Assembly (NCBI GenBank): GCA_030654805.1
Contig: JAURWR010000127.1
Span: 26,944 to 90,943, forward strand
Length of the DNA: 64,000 nucleotides
Direction: 5' to 3'
Source of the DNA: Burkholderiaceae bacterium
GTDB lineage: Bacteria; Pseudomonadota; Gammaproteobacteria; Burkholderiales; Burkholderiaceae_C
In this document: positions 60,723-64,000 of the stretch, in pieces
How positions within the stretch are numbered: the first letter of the stretch is position 1
Layout: every line of letters starts with the position of its first letter
Made by a program: the position numbers and the translations under genes
The notes under the pieces: generated by a model
What the model was told of the DNA's origin: nothing
Database searches by the model: none
What the model saw: only the letters and a program-made list of their open reading frames with translations

Positions 60723-62618
60723 TCAGACGGCCAGCACGTCCTTGATCTGCTGCAACGAGCTCGGATCGTCGATCGTGGTCAGATCGCCCGGATCACGTTG
60801 TTCGCACACCGCCTGGATCGCGCGCCGCAGCAGCTTGCCTGAGCGTGTCTTCGGCAAGGCGCCGACGAAGCGCACGCGCGCCGGTCGGGCCAGCGCGCCG
60901 AGCTGCGTGTCGACGACCTTCATGACCTCGGCTTCGAGCCGCGATGCATCGGCCTCGGTCGCGGCCTTCGACGCGTCCTTCAACACCACGAAGGCCATCG
61001 CCACCTGTCCCTTGAGTGAGTCCGCCACGCCGACCACCGCCACTTCGGCGACGCCGGGATGGCTGGAGATGCTCTCCTCGATCTCGCGTGTGCCCAGGCG
61101 GTGGCCGGCGACGTTGATCACGTCGTCGGTGCGGCCCAGGATGAAGAAGTAGCCATCCTCGTCGCGAATGCCCCAGTCGAAGGTGCTGTAGACCTGCTTG
61201 CCGGGCTGGCCGCTCCAGTAGGTCTTGACGAACCGCTCGTCGTCGCGCCAGACGGTCTGCATGCATCCCGGCGGCAGCGGGCCCTCGATGACCAGCACCC
61301 CCTTCTGGTTCGGTGCGGTGACTTCTTCGCCCGACAATTCGTCCATCACCTTGACGTCGTAGCCGTACATCGCGAAGCCCGGGCTGCCCAGCTTGGCAGG
61401 CGACTTCTCGACGCCGTTGGCGATCGTCAGGATCGGCCAGCCGGTCTCGGTCTGCCAGTAGTTGTCGATGATGGGCTTGCCCAGCGACTCGGAAATCCAC
61501 TTCGACGTCGGCTCGTCGAGCGGCTCGCCGGCCAGGAACAGCGCGCGCAACGACGACAGATCGTATTGGGCCAGGTACTTCGGGTCGGCCTTCTTCAGCA
61601 CGCGGATTGCGGTGGGCGAGCTGAACATCACCGACACGCGGTACTTCTCGACCAGGCTCCACCAGATGCCGGCGTCGGGCCGCGTCGGCAGGCCTTCGTA
61701 GAGGATCGTCGCCATGCCGTTGATCAGCGGACCGTAAACGATGTAGCTGTGGCCGACGACCCAGCCGATGTCGCTGCCGCAAAAGAAGGTTTCGCCCGGG
61801 TTGCCGCAGTAGATGTGCTTCATGCTGGCGGCCAGCGCGACCGCGTAGCCGCCGGTGTCGCGCTGGACGCCCTTGGGCTTGCCCGTGGTTCCGCTGGTGT
61901 ACAGCGTGTAGCTCGGGTGGGTGGCATCGACCCAGGTGCAGGGCACCACGGCGTTCAGGTATTGCTGGCGCAACTCGGCGTAATCGACATCGCGTCCGGC
62001 CACCCGCTCCATCGGGCTCAACCCGCGATCGACCAACAGCACCCTCGACGGCTTGTGCTCGGCGAGGCGAATGGCTTCGTCGAGCAGCGGCTTGTACGGC
62101 AGCACCTTGCCGGAGCGGCTGCCCGCATCGGCGCTGACGATCACCGTCGGCTGCGCATCGTCGATGCGGCTCGCCAGGCTGACGCTCGCGAAACCGCCGA
62201 ACACCACCGAGTGGATCGCACCGATGCGTGCGCAGGCCAGCATAGCGAACACCGCCTGCGGCACCATCGGCATGTAGACCAGCACGCGGTCGCCCTGCTT
62301 CACGCCCAGCGACAGCAGGATCGCCGCCATGCGCTGCACCTCGACGTGCAGGTCGCGGAAGCTGTAGGTGTGCTCGGTGTCAGTTTCGGTGGACACGCAG
62401 ATCAACGCTGGTTGGTCCGCACGCGCAGCCAGATGGCGGTCGACGGCGTTGTGGCACAGGTTGGTCTGACCACCGACGAACCAGCGCGCAAAGGGTGGGG
62501 TGCTGTGGTCGCAGACCTGGTCGAACGGCCGGTGCCAGTCGATCAGCGCGGCCTGTTCGGTCCAGAAACCATCGCGGTCGGTGAGAGATCGTTGGTGAAA
62601 GTCTGTGTAGCGGGTCAT
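60723..62618 (-). CDS. prpE: propionate--CoA ligase
   Basis: The N-terminus FHQRSLTDRDGFWTEQAALIDWHRPFDQVCDHSTPPFARWFVGGQTNLCHNAVDRHL aligns closely with E. coli PrpE. AMP-binding motif YTSGTTGKPKG. Confidence 0.85.
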   Translation of the reverse strand: MTRYTDFHQRSLTDRDGFWTEQAALIDWHRPFDQVCDHSTPPFARWFVGGQTNLCHNAVDRHLAARADQPALICVSTETDTEHTYSFRDLHVEVQRMAAILLSLGVKQGDRVLVYMPMVPQAVFAMLACARIGAIHSVVFGGFASVSLASRIDDAQPTVIVSADAGSRSGKVLPYKPLLDEAIRLAEHKPSRVLLVDRGLSPMERVAGRDVDYAELRQQYLNAVVPCTWVDATHPSYTLYTSGTTGKPKGVQRDTGGYAVALAASMKHIYCGNPGETFFCGSDIGWVVGHSYIVYGPLINGMATILYEGLPTRPDAGIWWSLVEKYRVSVMFSSPTAIRVLKKADPKYLAQYDLSSLRALFLAGEPLDEPTSKWISESLGKPIIDNYWQTETGWPILTIANGVEKSPAKLGSPGFAMYGYDVKVMDELSGEEVTAPNQKGVLVIEGPLPPGCMQTVWRDDERFVKTYWSGQPGKQVYSTFDWGIRDEDGYFFILGRTDDVINVAGHRLGTREIEESISSHPGVAEVAVVGVADSLKGQVAMAFVVLKDASKAATEADASRLEAEVMKVVDTQLGALARPARVRFVGALPKTRSGKLLRRAIQAVCEQRDPGDLTTIDDPSSLQQIKDVLAV

Positions 62619-62661
62619 GGGTTGGTCTCCGTCATTTCTTGTTTGAATCGGTCTGCCGGTC

Positions 62662-63642
62662 TCAGGCGATGGTCACCACCAGCCGTCCTCGCACCTTGCC
62701 ATCGATCAGGTCCTGGGCGCGTGCCACGCAGTCGCCCAAAGCGATGTCTTCGACCATCTCTTCCAGCAGAGTCAGGTCGATGTCGCGTGCCAGCCGCGCC
62801 CAGGCCTGCTGGCGCAGCGGCAGTGGCACCACCACGCTCTCGACCCCGGCCAGCGTGACGCCGCGCAGGATGAACGGCATCACCGTGGCCGGCAAGTCAG
62901 CGCCCTGCGCCAGCCCGCACGCCGCCACGACGCCGTTGTAGCGCGTCTGCGCCAGCGCATTGGCCAGCGTGTGGCTGCCGACCGCATCGACGACCGCCGC
63001 CCAGCGCTCCTTCTGCAGCGGCTTGCCGGGCGACGACAGCTCGGCGCGGTCGATCACCGTGGTCGCACCCAGCCGCTTCAGGTAATCGGCCTCGGCTGCC
63101 TTGCCCGTGGCGGCAACCACGGTGTGGCCGAGCTTCGACAGCAACATCGTCGCCACGCTGCCGACGCCACCGGTGGCGCCGGTGACCAGCACCTCGCCAT
63201 CGCCCGGCTTCACGCCGTGACGTTCCAGTGCCAGCACGCACAGCATCGCCGTGTAACCGGCGGTACCCAATGCCATCGCCTGCCGGGTCGTGAATGCAGC
63301 GGGCAGCTTGACGAGCCAGTCTCCCTTCAGCCGCGCCATTTCGGCCAGACAACCCCAGCGGGTCTCGCCGAGACCCCAGCCGTTGTGGATGAAGCGGTCA
63401 CCCGGCTTCCACTGCGGGTGGCTGCTCTCGATCACGGTGCCCGCGCCGTCGATGCCGGCAACCATCGGCCACGCACGCACGACCGGTCCGCGCTGGGTGA
63501 TGGCCAGACCGTCCTTGTAGTTGAGCGTCGAATGCGCAATGCGCGCCAGCACATCACCTTCAGGCAACTGGGCTTCATCGACCGATTTCACCGAAGCCGT
63601 GAAACCGGCGTCGGATTTTTCAAGCAACAGCGCTTTGAACAT
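62662..63642 (-). CDS. acuI: YhdH/AcuI-type MDR oxidoreductase (acrylyl-CoA reductase-like)
   Basis: MFKALLLEK...[17 protein letters not shown]...[12 protein letters not shown]. Sits upstream of prpE. Confidence 0.85.
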   Translation of the reverse strand: MFKALLLEKSDAGFTASVKSVDEAQLPEGDVLARIAHSTLNYKDGLAITQRGPVVRAWPMVAGIDGAGTVIESSHPQWKPGDRFIHNGWGLGETRWGCLAEMARLKGDWLVKLPAAFTTRQAMALGTAGYTAMLCVLALERHGVKPGDGEVLVTGATGGVGSVATMLLSKLGHTVVAATGKAAEADYLKRLGATTVIDRAELSSPGKPLQKERWAAVVDAVGSHTLANALAQTRYNGVVAACGLAQGADLPATVMPFILRGVTLAGVESVVVPLPLRQQAWARLARDIDLTLLEEMVEDIALGDCVARAQDLIDGKVRGRLVVTIA

Positions 63643-63772
63643 GGTGGTTTCTCATGGATGGCATGGGTCATAGAGCATCGCTTAATTTTCTGTCGGGGTT
63701 CTGACTCGGACCCTCCGAGGTGCCCCTGATGCGCAATTGACGTGCTTCGGGGCGTCACCTATCCTGCGCCGC

Positions 63773-64000
63773 ATGCTAAAGCCGCCCCCTGCCCGCCCTC
63801 GGACCCCGCACCGCGCTGCGGCTTTCTCCAGGGTGATCGGGATCATCGGCCTCGCAATCGCCGCGATCTGCTGGCAGCCCCTGGCAGAGGCAGCACCCGA
63901 CGACAGCCCTGACGCGGTGACCCGCCTGCTGATCGAACGCGGTCTGCTGCCGCCTGCGGTCGCTGACTTCGCGAGCGACTCGCCCACCCTCGTGCAGCGC
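63773..64000 (+). CDS. hypothetical exported protein, N-terminal fragment (runs off the window)
   Basis: ATG at 63773 is open to the window end. MLKPPPARPRTPHR then hydrophobic VIGIIGLAIAAICW and AEAA resembles a signal peptide. Not in the ORF track and has no identifiable domain. Confidence 0.3.
   Translation, partial: MLKPPPARPRTPHRAAAFSRVIGIIGLAIAAICWQPLAEAAPDDSPDAVTRLLIERGLLPPAVADFASDSPTLVQR

Overview
High-GC, gene-dense chromosomal segment. Gene content and protein motifs suggest a betaproteobacterium (Burkholderiales/Comamonadaceae-like), but that is inference only. I call about 55 protein genes and one tRNA-Val(GAC). Most are recognisable housekeeping genes: ccm(C)DEFGHI cytochrome c maturation; a TatT-associated TRAP transporter; relA; ompR-envZ; ispD-ispF; mfd; serB; rraA; nadA-nadC and nadB; clpB; a long, tightly coupled alaA-hom-thrC-mobB-moeA-moaD-moaE-crcB operon; bcp; a PIN-PhoH ATPase; a LigE-type ligase with a signal peptide; and acuI-prpE. 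I saw no CRISPR array, transposase, integrase or prophage genes. Many long ORFs in the six-frame track are antisense or alternate-frame artefacts of the high GC content, and several track ORFs begin at GTG/TTG codons upstream of better-supported starts. Two loci stand out. (1) 6584-12520(-) is one uninterrupted ~1960-aa ORF. It combines two lipase-type Ser hydrolase modules with intact catalytic motifs, a macro-like domain, a CHAT caspase-like protease with an intact His/Cys dyad, and a helical-repeat tail. A co-directional DUF3422 membrane protein follows it. I know of no characterised protein with this architecture. It looks like a self-contained sensor/protease/lipid-effector module, but it has no defence-island context. 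(2) 48718-49785(-) is the last gene of the alaA-to-crcB operon. It encodes a divergent proteasome/HslV-fold Ntn hydrolase with Ser at position 1 (if the GTG start is used), a ~115-aa C-terminal extension, an in-frame 9-bp tandem repeat and no ATPase partner. It may belong to the poorly understood BPH family. Lesser items: a more A/T-rich patch next to tRNA-Val holding a PEP-CTERM beta-helix protein and a NYN-LOTUS protein; an orphan protein with a Roadblock/LC7-like C-terminus; ComFB inside the nad cluster; and several intergenic palindromes and hairpins. All domain calls come from reading motifs by eye and need HMM or structure searches to confirm.
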